64,000 nt of DNA, taken from the NCBI RefSeq assembly GCF_009914755.1, contig NC_060936.1. The stretch is one strand, 5' to 3'. Below, piece after piece: positions 1 through 13,427 of this stretch (its first letter is position 1; every line of letters starts with the position of its first letter). Source of the DNA: the human T2T-CHM13v2.0 reference genome, Homo sapiens. The notes beneath the pieces were generated by a model that saw nothing but the letters and a program-made list of their open reading frames with translations, ran no database searches and was not told the DNA's origin. A program made the translations under genes and the position numbers.

Positions 1-1665
1 AGATTCAATGCAATCTCTATTAAAATACCAATAACATTCTTCTCACATAAATAAAAAAAAATCCTAAAATCTGTGTGGAACCACAAAAGACCCCAAATAG
101 CCAAAAAAAAAAAAAAAAATCATCCTGAGCAAAAAGAACAAAGCTGGAGGCATCACACCACCAGCACCAGACTTCAAAATATAATCCAAAACTACAATAA
201 CCTAAACAGCATTGTACAGGCATACAAACAGACATCAGACACATAAGCCAATGGAACAGAATAGAGAACTCAGAAATTAATCCACATATCTATAGACAAC
301 AGATTTTGACAAAGGTGTCAAAAAAAAACTGGATAGCCACATGCAAAAGAATGAAACCAGACCCCCATCTCTCATTCAGTACAAAAATCAACTCAAAATG
401 GATTAAGGATCTAAATGTAAGACTTTAAACTTAAAACTACTAGAAGTAAACATAGGCAAAAGGCTTCAGAACATTGGTCTGGGAAGGGATTTTATGAATA
501 AGTCCTCATAAATACAGGCAACAAAAGCAAAAAAATAGACAAATGGGATTATATCAAACTAAAAAGCATCTACACAGCAAAAGAATCAATCAACAAATTA
601 AAGAGACAACCTACGGAATGGCAGAAAATATTTGCCAATTATCTATCTTACACGGGACTAATAACCAAAATATTTAAGAAGCTCAAACAACTCATTAGCA
701 AAAAATAATGATAATCTGATTAAAAATGGGCAAAAGACCTAGAATAGACATTGCTCAAAAGAGGACATACATATGGCCAACAGGTATATGAAGAAATGCT
801 CAGCACCACTAATCATCAGGGAAATACAAATTAAAACCACAATAAGATATCATCTCACACCAGTTAGAATGGCTACTATCAGAAAGACAACAAATAACAA
901 ATGCAGAGAAAAAGGAACTCATACATTGTTGGTGCGAATGTAAACTAGTACAGCCACTACAGAAAACAGTATGGAAGTTCTTTAGAAAACTACACATAGA
1001 ATTGCCATATTATCCAGCAATCCCACTACTGAGCATTTATCCAAAGGAAAAGAAACCAGCTTATCAAAGAGATGGCTACACTCTCATGTTTATTGCAGCA
1101 CTATTCACAATAGCCAAGATATGGATTGACCCAAGTGTCCAAGAAGAGATGAATGGATAAAGGAAATGTGGTATATATATACACAACAGAATACTATTTA
1201 GCCACAAAAACAATGAAATCCTGCCATCTGTGGCAACATGGTATAACTGGAGGACATTATATTAAGTGAAATAAGCTAAGAACAAACACTACATGTTCTC
1301 ACTTATAGGTGGAAGCAAAATAGTTGATCTCATAGAACTAAAAAGTAGATGAGAGGATAACAGGCTGGGAAGGCTAAGGGGAAGAGTGGGATACGGAGAG
1401 ATTTATTAAGAGATACATTATAGCCAGATGGGAGGAATAAGTTCTAATGTTCTATACCACTGTGGGATGACTACAGTTAACAATAATATATACAGTTAAT
1501 AATAAATAGCTAGAAGAGAGATTGAATGTTCCCAAGACAAAGAAATGAGAAATGTCTGAGATGATGAATATGGTAATTACCCTAACCTGATCACTATACA
1601 TTGTATGTATCAAAATCCCATAAATATCTACAATTATTATATGTCAATTAAAAATAAATAAATAA
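1..1665 (+). mobile_element. LINE-1 3' portion (L1MA-type), degraded ORF2 end plus 3'UTR
   Basis: L1 hallmarks (agattcaatgcaatc..., atccagcaatcccactactg, gttctcacttataggtggaagc) ending in an A-rich tail. Confidence 0.9.
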
Positions 1666-2129
1666 GAGCCTGGAGCATGGGAGGATGGGGGTGGGAGATG
1701 TGGTCAATCATCTTGCCATCAGGATAAAAAGGGTGGGGGGCTCTGCCACTTTCACTGTGACAACCCCTCCCAAACACCAAGACCCCTGACAAAGGGCGGA
1801 GATTAAATAAACTGCACAATGGGTACCTCAAAATATTCCCAACCAGGTAAAAAGAAGTTCCCTTTGGAGATCTTATCTCCCCAAAATGTTCCAGCGGAAC
1901 CACATTCCTCCACAGAGGCTCCATTCAGAGAGCACTCGGGAGGCGTCTAGGGGCATGAAGAGTGAACTCTACCTCGGTGCCTTGTGCTAACCACAGCAGG
2001 ATCCCTAGTTTGAGCAGGATCCCTCAAAGTGTGGGTCCTGAACCATCTGTACTTGAATCACCCAGGTACATGTTTAAGATACAAATTTCCAGGCTCTAGC
2101 TCAGACCAGCTGAATAAGTATCTATAGGA

Positions 2130-2720
2130 GGAAAAATATTTGCTACTCATGTCACAGCAAAAGGCCAATATCCTAATAAGTAAAGAGTTCTTATAAATCA
2201 ATAAAAAAACAAACAATCCAGTGCCAAAATGATCAAAGGGTGTGGCCAAAGGGCTCACAGAAAGGGAAATACAGATGGCTCTTAAATATATGAACATTCT
2301 TAACCTCACTCATAACAACAGAAAGGCTCATTGAAAGGTCAGGAAAGAGCACTCTTAGACCTAGCCACAAAGGTCAGTTTGGCAAGACCATCCAAATGCA
2401 AAACACACAAGCCCTTTGACCCAGCAATTACAATTCTATATTTCACACATGTGAAATCATAAGCATAAAAAGATATTGCTGAAGCTGTGTTTGTAACAGC
2501 AAAAGATTGCAATCGACCTCAATGCCCATCAATGGGAGACCAGTTGGATCATTACACAATTAGGGATCATTACACAATTAAATACTAGGAAGCCATGAAA
2601 AAGATCAAGACCACTCTATATGTCTTGATATGGAACAGTCTCCGTGATACATGTATAAGAAAAAAAAGCAACATGCAGAATAGTGTGTATAGCACTCTAC
2701 CGTGTACATAATAAAACATT
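2130..2720 (+). mobile_element. Old L1 (L1ME-like) fragments
   Basis: Degenerate ORF2/3'UTR motifs (aaagagttcttataaatcaataa, ctttgacccagcaatt, aatgcccatcaatggg). Confidence 0.65.
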
Positions 2721-2953
2721 TATAAATATTCATTTATTATTAATGTTACCAAGTACTACTATGTACTAGGCATTTTGCTAGATGCTCAGGATACAGTAGC
2801 AAATCAAATAGACAAAATCATTATCTTCACAGAGCTTCTAGACCAAGAATGTGAGTATTAAGTAAACAGTATATATGCTAAAGAGTGCATGAAAAAAAAG
2901 TAAGTACTATGAAAAAGTATGGTGGGAAGGGTATAGAAAGTGTGTGTGTGGGG

Positions 2954-3760
<807 letters not shown>

Positions 3761-4219
3761 ATTTTACAAGTGTCTGTGACCTGGCTTTGTCTTTTCTTAG
3801 TCATCATAGAACCCTAGGAAGGCCATGATGGCTGAGGGCACAGACCCTGGACCCTAGCAGGTACAAATCTTCATCATACTAATTAATTTCCACATCACTT
3901 TCCTCTAGAAACCCGTGTCATCCTTAAGGGCATGGTCATCCTTGGATCCTCAGTGCACAGCACAGAAACTGACCCAGGCTAACAGCTGCGTCCACTGAGT
4001 GTTTACTAGAAGGCAGGGCATTATTTTGGTTAATTCACACAACCATCCTGTGGCAAAGAACGATCATCACCCCCATTTTGCAGATAAGGCAACAAGGCTT
4101 CCAGAACTAAAGTGGGTCTGCCCATAGTTCATTAGCTCATAAGTGGCAAAGAGCTGAAATTCCAACCCAGTGCTGTTTGGATGGATTCCCATGTGATTCC
4201 ATTACACAAGGCAGCACAT

Positions 4220-4304
4220 CCATCTGGCTGTTCATCTTTCCATTGGCTTCTTCTTTCCATTTGGCTTTCCAAGGAAACCAATGGAAAGATGAACAGCTGG
4301 ATGG
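4220..4304. repeat. Inverted repeat/hairpin, 31-bp arms (28/31 complementary), 23-nt loop
   Basis: Arm 4220-4250 ccatctggctgttcatctttccattggcttc versus the reverse complement of 4274-4304, ccatccagctgttcatctttccattggtttc. Confidence 0.9.
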
Positions 4305-5076
4305 CTGCATTTCTGTTTGCAATGACCAGGCCAGGGGAGGGGAATATCCTTTTGCCAAATCTTTCCAGAAATCCCAGAACACAGTTTTCAATCAACTTCA
4401 ACTCTTATTCATGAAAAAGTTTCAATAAGCCATTTAAGGACTGTTACAGCCTTTCCGTGAAGGTCTGTCTTCCTCCGGAAAATAAAGTTTGCTGACAAAG
4501 AGCAGTCCCTTAAGACCTACTGTCTATTTGCATCTGAATTTCAAAACCATTCTAGCAAAACTTCATTAGACTCTGAGTGTGTCATAAGAGATAATGATTT
4601 GTTCTCTCTCTCTTTCTCTCTCTCTCAATCACCGCCCCCCGCCCACACCGATGTTCCCAAGTAAAAACAGCACGGGAAATTAGACGGCTCTAATTAATGA
4701 CTCAATAAATAAAGAGAAAAGGAAAAGGTTGGCAGGACACTTACTCCAGATCACACATTTCGGCTGGTAACAAGTTACCTTCCCACAGCCAGCTCACCCC
4801 TCTTTAAAGAAAGGACCCTGCTCCAGGATCTGACCTCATGATAATATTACCTGATAATACTATTTATATATACTAATAATATAATATTATTAACTCTTGC
4901 TATCAATGGCCCCAATCCCTGTCCCCATATTTGTGTGCCAACATTGATTAAAAACATGCTATACACAAGACCTGAATTATACCTCAGGAGGCTATGACAA
5001 TGGATAAAGAGAGATTCCTTTTCCCCACAGGGGCTGGGATCTCCTCCATCCAAATCCCTTTCTTCAAGATGTTCCA

Positions 5077-5405
<329 letters not shown>

Positions 5406-6749
5406 TCAAATCAGAGGTAGAGAGTAGAATAGGGATCAATGGGCAATCTCTGGGGTCACACTGCTAGGGCCAAATCCTAATGTCACCATTTGGCCCTTGG
5501 AAGATTTCCTACCCCACTGATCACCGATCCTTAATCCCCTCACCTGGGAAATGGGAACCTTAGCAGAGACAGTATGTGCTCAGAGGCTACAACCAAGGAC
5601 TCTGAGGGTTTGTGTGGCCTAGGGCACGTTGTGTGCCCTAGGGCACATGGCTTAACCTCTCTCCCTCAACTTCCTCATCTGTAAAGTGAGAAGAATAAAA
5701 ATGGCAAGGTTGCTATGAGAAAGAAGGGAGCTAAGAGACACAAACGACTCACAGCACAGCCTATGGGTAAAAGGTTGGCTCAGAGGTTTGAGCTCATATT
5801 GTGGCTGGGAGAACGCAGTGAATGAGCCCATAGCAAGTGCTTAGTGCAGGGCATGCCACCTGAGAAGCATGTGATAAATGTTCATGGGTGGCAGTGTTTT
5901 CATTGTGGTTATTGTCGTTTCTAAGCCAGCCTTTGATCCTGCTGAAAACGTTCTGTGGCTAGAGGAGGAGGAACGCCTGCTGTCATTGGCTGCATGATTA
6001 GGCAAATGTCCTTGGAGACAGGGATCTTAGTGTTCCCCAGCTGCAGGTGCAAGGATGACAAAAGAGCAGGCAGGAGATGAAGAATCTGAAAATCCTGCCC
6101 AATGGAGACGTGGCCAAAGCAACTCATAATGTTTAGACCAGGGAAGAGAAAATGACAAAGAGACATAAAAGGCTATCATGAAGCATGACATGGAGGCCTT
6201 TGCTGACCAGGGCAGCCCCCAAAACACCAGCTCCCCACCACAAGTTTTTATAGCTCTTATACCCCTTTTTTCCAGAGCATTGCTCACCCTGGGGTTCAGT
6301 CATGATTTACATCATTAGTTGTTCAATGTCCATCCCCACCAAGAAACCATGAGCTCTATGAGATCAGGGGCTAGGTCTGTACCGCCCCCTCACTGTGGCC
6401 AAAATATGTAGCATCAGGCTCAGGGGAATAAGGCCAGTTTGAGCTCAATCAAGGATTGACCACCCAGAACAAGCTAGCTGTGGAAGGGGACTGAGTTATT
6501 TGGGAGGAAGTTCCCCGTCACTGCAGGTGTACACCAGCTAGGTATCTACACACCCAGCAGAGTTTAGTTGCATTCTTTCATCCAGCAAACATCTACTACG
6601 GCATCTTCTAAGTGAGGGCATGCCCTAGAGGGCGTCCTAGGTGCCTCAGGGATCCAGAGTTGCTGAGAGCCTCCTAGACCTGGTGAGGTTATTTCAACAC
6701 ACAGAACAAGGATGCTGGAGGGCACAGTGGGGGTAAAAGCCATGTTCAC

Positions 6750-7400
6750 TCTTTTGATTTATGGTGATGGTTTCCTGGGTATCTACATATGTCAAAGCTC
6801 ATCAAATTGCATACTATAAATCTGGGCAGCTGATTAAATGTTGATTATATCTCAGTTAAGCTGTCAAAAAAAATCTCACGTTCAAAAGAAGTGGAATGAG
6901 AATAGGTAATACAAAAATATTCAGAGTAGTAGTGTCAATAATAGCAAAAATAATCACTCGTTCAAAAAACAATAGCAAAAAGAAAAACCAAAAAGCATAA
7001 TATAACCAAAACCCAATACTTATGCAAATTCCCCCTGTTCACAGGAAGGAAACAGGGTATAGCTATTAAGCGTGATATTTTCAAAAATTAATGACATGGC
7101 CCTCCAAAAAAAAAGAAGGGAAGGAAAAAGGGCATCAGATAATCAATATAATTTGATACCATTTCTGCTTTGTTAAAAATGCATAGGAAAAAAGCCTAAA
7201 AGGTTTTATAATTAAAATGTAATCCCTTTACTTGGGTAATTTTGAAAGCATTTTTAAATATTGAAAAGACTCACCGGAAAATGCGAATATGAGCAAGATT
7301 ATGGGTGATTTGGTTTTCTTTTTTTACATATTTCTTCATTTTTCAAAATTTTCACAAACAAAAACCATTTTAATATCAAAAAGAGAAATGTTACTTTAAA
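6750..7400 (+). mobile_element. Old L1 (L1ME-like) 3' fragments
   Basis: ggtgatggtttcctgggtatctacatatgtcaaagctcatcaaattgcatac is an L1M 3'UTR motif; AT-rich. Confidence 0.55.
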
Positions 7401-8219
7401 ACAATAACTAGAAGACAGCTAAGGGTTCCCCCCTACCCAGCTCTATGAGAGGGAGAAATCAGAGGAGCGTTAAAGTCTAGGTGACCTTGGACCCCCTGAA
7501 GATTACCTCCCTGCGATCTCTTCTAAACTCCAGATAAAGGTTTGGGGGCACTGAGGTTATTGACAGGAGGCGGGGGATGTTCTGCCTAACGCAGATGCTG
7601 ATTGGATTAGGGTCTGGTTCTGTTTTCCTCTAAGTAGATTATGCTTTTCTTGAACTTGCTCCAGTGGGTCCCGGAAATTCAGCCCAGGACAGACCTGCGG
7701 ATCGTTTTCAGAGCTCACTGGAATATGTTTAAGCATGTAATAAATACATTTAAGCCTAATCGGATAAATCACTAAATCAGATCGTTGTCTTGCAATTTGA
7801 AAACCAGGCTCTGGCTCCAGACCCTGGGGAAGGAGGAAAAGGAAGAAATAGGAAGACTTCGGGCAGGTGCCGAGGTCATCTTCCGACCCAACACCACCCA
7901 ACATCACCCAACAACAAAGACAAAGAACCTCCCTCCTTCCCCTACAACCCAGAGGTTCATCAACTTACAATGACCTCAGATATGCCATAAAACCTGGCAG
8001 CAGTCAGAGTCAGTGTGAAAAAAAAAAAATCCAGGTGCTACCAGCAATTCAGGACCTTTCAAAAGACACCAGTATTAGAAGCCTACATGTGGTCCATCTG
8101 CTCTACTCCCTGTCTCAAAGCAAGAGAACTTTCAAGTTCTCAGGCAAGACCTCCGAAAGAGCCATGTTACTGAGTCTCTGTTTCTGAGGTTTTGTTACAT
8201 TAAGGCCCTAAAGAGTCAA

Positions 8220-8460
8220 GGTTAAGGGGTAAAAACTTGAGAACCAGACAGGTCTAGGTTCAGATCCTCTGCCACTCCTTCTCTGTGAGACTCTGGGCAA
8301 ATGACAGCCTATCTGAGCCTCAGTTTCTGCATCTGTAAAATAGACACAGTCATAGCACCTAGTTCATAATGCTGTTGGGAGGATTAAATGAGATAATGCC
8401 TATAAGACACTTAGCACAATGCCTGGCATAGAATGATTAATCCATGTTAGATACTATTAT
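8220..8460 (+). mobile_element. MIR
   Basis: Core ctgagcctcagtttctgcatctgtaaaat...gaggattaaatgagataatg...cttagcacaatgcctggcata. Confidence 0.9.
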
Positions 8461-8497
8461 CGTCTGAATTATTTTTAATAGAACTTCCCACCTAGTA

Positions 8498-8922
8498 TAG
8501 TTGATCCTAGAACAACACAGGTTTTAACTGCATGGGTCTACTTATATGTGGATTTTCTTCTGACTCTGCCACCACTGAGATGGCTAAACCAACCCCTCCT
8601 CTTCCTCCTCCTCTTCAACCTACTGAGCATGAGGATGAAGACCTTTATGATGATCTACTTCCACTTAATGAACAGTAAATATATTTTCTCTTCCTTATGA
8701 TTTTCTTAATAACATTTTCTTTTCTCTACCGTACTTTATTGTAGGAATACGTATATTCATAACATACAAAATATGTGTTAACTGACTTCATATTATCAGT
8801 AAGGCTTCCAGTCAATGGTAGGCCATTAGTAAAGTTTTGGGGGAAATCAAAGGTTATATGTGGATTTTCAACTGTGTGAGGAGTTGGTGTTCCTAACCCC
8901 TGTGTTGTTCAAAGGCCAACTG
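8498..8922 (+). mobile_element. Tigger2a (TcMar-Tigger MITE)
   Basis: Terminal inverted repeats (TIRs) tagttgatcctagaacaacacagg / cctgtgttgttcaaaggccaactg, TA TSDs at 8496-8497 and 8923-8924; internal sequence matches recalled Tigger2a. Confidence 0.88.
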
Positions 8923-9090
8923 TACTTTTTATGTGGACATATAATATCTTTATGAGATCTAAGCTGCCTGATAACATTTCATTTTATTTTAACAAATATG
9001 AATTGGAAGCCAGGCTCTGGGAGAGACAATAGGGACATAGCGCTGAACAAAAGAACATGGTCTTTGGTCTCAAGGAGTCTGAAGTATTAT

Positions 9091-9641
9091 TGTCAGAGGC
9101 GTTTGACCTAGAGCAACTCCATCTTGAACAGAAGTTGGGTAAAATGAGGCTGAAACCTACTGGGCTGCATTCCCAGACACAGGCATTCTAAGTCACAGGA
9201 TGGGATGGGAGGTTGGCAAGAAATACGGCTCATAAAGATCTTCCTGATAAAACAGGTTGCAGTAAAGAAGCCGGCTAAAACTCACCAAAACCAAGATAGC
9301 AATGAGAGTGACCTCTGGTCGTCCTCACTGCTACACTCCCATTAGCTCCATCACAGTTTACAAATGCCATGGCAACATCAGAAAGTTACCCTATATGATC
9401 TAAAAAGGGGAGGCATGAATAATCCACCCCTTGTTTAGCATATCATCAAGAAATAACCATAAAAATGGGCAACCAGCAGCCCTTGGGGCTGCTCTGTCTA
9501 TGGAGTAGCCATTCTTTTATTTCTCTACTTTCTTAATAAACTTCCTTTCACTTTACTCTACGGACTCGCCCTGAATTCTTTCTTGCACGAGATGCGTGAA
9601 CCCTCTCTTGGGGTCTGGACCCAGACCCCTTTCCTGTAACA
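9091..9641 (+). mobile_element. MER41A solo LTR (ERV1)
   Basis: TG...CA termini (tgtcagaggcgtttga...ttcctgtaaca), exact 4-bp TSD ttat (9087-9090/9642-9645), AATAAA at about 9535; the aaggggagg|catgaataatcc junction lacks the GAS-bearing segment of MER41B. Confidence 0.88.
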
Positions 9642-9678
9642 TTATGACACAGATGTTAAATAAACACACAAATAAATG

Positions 9679-10139
9679 CAGATGCTCCTCAGCCTACAAA
9701 GGGGTTACGTCCAGAAAAACAAATCATAAGTTGAAAATACCCTAAGTTAAAAGTGCATTTAATACAGCCAACCTACCACACATCATAGCTCAACCTAGCC
9801 TACCTTAAATGTGCTCAGAACACTTTCCATTGACTGGAAGCCTTACTGATAATATGAAGTCAGTTAACACATATTTTATATGTTATGAATATATGTATTC
9901 CTACAATAAAGTAAGGTAGAGAAAAGAAAATACATGAGATATTCAACACTTGACTATACAATGGGGTTTGTGTTAAATGATTTGGCTCAGGATCATGAGA
10001 GAGTAGTACCATGCTGCATATTGCTAGCCCGGGAAAAGATCAAGATTCACAATTTCAAGGACATTGTCTCCTGGATGTGTATTGCCTTCACACCATCATG
10101 AAGTAGAAAAATCCTAAGTTGACAGTCAGGGACCGTCTG
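9679..10139 (+). mobile_element. Tigger5/MER47-family MITE, internally rearranged
   Basis: TIRs cagatgctcctc...gggaccgtctg; 5' and 3' thirds match recalled MER47/Tigger5; the middle is replaced (see findings). Confidence 0.85.
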
Positions 10140-11074
10140 TGTGTGATTAAAAACTGGGACATGTACTACCAAGAAAAAGAAAAGGGTTATCCCAAGAGAA
10201 AACAGAGAAGTGCTATTTTGGGCCAGGGGACAGAAAGGCTTTCCAAAGAAAAATACATTTAAGCCAGAATATGAACGTCCAATCAGAATCAGCTAGGGAA
10301 AAAGAAAAGAATGTTCCAGACAGAGGCTACAATATATGCAAAGGTCCTGAAGTGAGAATGGCATTCAAGGAACTCAAAAAAAAAAAAACGTGTGGCTGGA
10401 GGGTGTGGAGTAAGAGAGAAAATAGAAGGAAACGTGGCTGCCGAGGTAGGAAGGAGTGGACTGGGTCTTGTAGATGGAGGGTCTCCAGCAAGAGTCACAC
10501 GATTTGCTTTGGGATTTTAAGAGATGAATCTGGTTCCAAGTCCAGAAGACACTGAAGGGGAGCAAGAATGGATGCAAGGAGGCCAGACAGGAGGCTGCTA
10601 CAGTCATCCAGGCAAAAGCTTGGGGTGGTAGTCATGAGAACTAGGCAGATTTGAGATACAATTTGAAGACAAAATGAACGTGAGTTGAGTGCATATAGCA
10701 TTTGAGGAGTGAGGGTCGGGCTGGAATCAGGAGGCTCCCAGCGTTCCAACTTAAACATCTAGAGAGATGGTGCTACCATTTACTAAGAAGAAAAAAACAT
10801 CAGGTGGAAGGGCAACTGCAGGGAAAAGAGGAGCAGTTCAGTTTTAGGCATGATGCTAAGTTAAAGGTGCAGGTGATACAGCTAATGAGTGGACAAAGAG
10901 GTAGGAGGAAGACCAGGAGAGTGTGCTTTCTTGGAAACCAAGAGAAGATATCATTTCCAAAAGGGAGAAGTGGTCAGTGGTCTCCTTGCACATACTGATA
11001 GGAGATCAAGTAAGAGAAGAGAGATGTCTCTCTGATTCACCTTGATATCCAAAAGTGCCTGACATATAATTAGG

Positions 11075-11830
11075 ACAGCCACTCTGGAGAAGAGTATGGA
11101 GTTTCCCCAAGAAACTAAAAATAAAATCACCATCTGATCTAGCAATTCCACTGCTGGGTATACACCCAAAAGAAAGGAAGTCAGTATATCAAAGGGCTGC
11201 CTGCAACCCCAGGTTTATTGCAACATGATTCACAGTAGCCAAAATATGGACACAACCTAAGTACCCATCAATGGATGAATAGGTAAAGAAAATGTGGTAT
11301 ATATACACAATGGAATATTATTCAGCCATAAAAAGGAATGAAATCCTGTCATCTGCAGCAACACGGATGGAACTGGAGGTCATTTTGTTCAGTGAAATAG
11401 GCCAAGCACAGAAAGACAAACATCACATATTCTTACTCCTATGAAACAGCTAAAAAAGTGGGTCTCATGAAGATAGAGAGTAGACTGGTGGTTGCCAGAG
11501 GCTAGGAAGGGGCAGGGGGAGGGGGAGGGGGTATGACGACAAGTTGGATTAATGGGTACAAATATTCGATTTGATAGAAAAAAATAAGACCTAGTATTCA
11601 ACAGATCAGTAGTGTGACTATAGGTTACAAGAATCTATCATACATTTCAAAATAGCAACAAGAGAATAATTCAAATGTTTCTAGCATAAAGAAAAGACAA
11701 ATATTTAAGGTGATGGATATTCCTACACTTTTTGATCTTTACAAATTATATGAATGTATTAAATTGTCACATGTACCCTGAAATTATGTACACTTATTAT
11801 GCATTAATAAAAAATTATTTTAAAAAAAAT
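11075..11830 (+). mobile_element. L1 3' end (L1MA-type)
   Basis: gatctagcaattccactgctgggtatacacccaaaagaaagg...ggatggaactggaggtcatt...aataaaaaa. Confidence 0.9.
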
Positions 11831-11833
11831 TTA

Positions 11834-12136
<303 letters not shown>

Positions 12137-12156
12137 TTAAACAAAGTACCTGACAA

Positions 12157-12453
12157 AGCTGGGAGCAGTGGCTCATGGCTGTAATCCTAGCACTTTGGGA
12201 GGCTGAGGTGGGTGGATCACTTGAGGTCAGGAGTCTGAGACCAGCCTGGCCAACATAGCGAAACCCTGTCTCTAGTAAAAATACAAAAAAATTAGCCAGG
12301 CATAGTGGCACACACCTGTAGTCCCAGCTACTCAGGAGACTGGACAGGAGAACCGCTTAAACCCCAGGAGGTGGAGGCTGTAGTGAGCCAACATTGCGCC
12401 ACTGCACTCCAGCCTGGGTGACAGCAAGACTCCATCTCAAAACGAAACAAAAC
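12157..12453 (+). mobile_element. AluS
   Basis: Full dimer; TSD aaagtRcctgaca. Confidence 0.93.
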
Positions 12454-12479
12454 AAAGTGCCTGACACATATTAGGTTGT

Positions 12480-12660
12480 CAATGGATGATTGATGGGTAC
12501 ACAGATGGACATAAGATGGGTGCATGGATCATATGTGTGGGTCCGTGGATGGGTGTGTGCATGGAAGATTGGTAGGTACGCGGATGGATGGATGGAGGGA
12601 TGCATGGTTGGGGGCATGGCTGGGTAAATGTGTGCAGGGATGGATAGGTGCATGGGTCGG
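12480..12660 (+). repeat. Degenerate (TGGA/TGGG)n simple repeat
   Basis: Visible; follows an L2/MIR-like terminal motif. Confidence 0.75.
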
Positions 12661-12729
12661 GGCATAAATGTAGTGGTTCCAGCCATGGAGAACTCTGGTT
12701 AGTTTTCCAAGCAAAAAATACTTTCCTTC

Positions 12730-13045
12730 TTCATGTAACCATTCCCTCTGTCTTGAGCACTCTTTCTGCCATCCCTTCTCTCCTTTGCAGTCTTCAGATC
12801 TCAGTTCAATATTACTTTGTCAGAAAGACCTTCCCTAACTACCCTAGCTAGCTAACATGGCTCCCTCACTATTTTCTTCACAGTATTTGTCAGATTCTCA
12901 AATCATCTCATTGTTTCGCTGAATGGTTTATTGTCTGTCTCCCTTGTTAGATGGTTCAGTCCACAAAGGCAGGAGCTTTGCTCATCATTTCTAAATCTCT
13001 AGCACTCAGCAGAGTGCCTGGGATATAGAAGGGGCTCAGTGTCTA
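12730..13045 (+). mobile_element. L2 3' end
   Basis: tttattgtctgtctccc...aaggcaggagctttg...agcactcagcagagtgcctgggatatag. Confidence 0.75.
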
Positions 13046-13049
13046 TATA

Positions 13050-13427
13050 TTAGATGGAGGAATGGACAGATGGAAGAATGGATAGATGGATGGATGGGTA
13101 GGTGGATAAATGGGTGGGTGGGTTGATGGACGGACAGATGCATGCATGCATGCATAGATGCGTGGATGGGTGGATGGGTGGATGGGTGGGTGGGTAGACG
13201 GGTGAACAGGTGGGTGGATGGGTGGGTGGGTAGGTGGGTGAACAGGTGGGTGGATGGGTGGGTGGATGGATGGATGCATGGATGGATGGATGGATGGATG
13301 GATGAATGGATGGATAAATGCATGAATGGGTGGGTGTATGGATGGAAGGAAGGAAAGAGCAAAGGGGAGATGGATAGAAACAGAAGAGAATGAGATGGAG
13401 GAAGAATGAATGAATGAATGAATGAAT
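13050..13427 (+). repeat. (TGGA/TGGG)n satellite-like tract ending in (GAAT)n
   Basis: Directly visible; explains the HPSI-rich spurious ORFs. Confidence 0.95.

Larger units (their letters stand above)
8985..11050 (-). mobile_element. L2 element interrupted by the MER41 LTR and Tigger5/MER47
   Basis: Reverse-strand L2 3' motifs continue across both insertions (gaatgttccagacagaggctacaatatatgcaaaggtcctga; gagcagttcagttttaggcatg). Confidence 0.7.
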
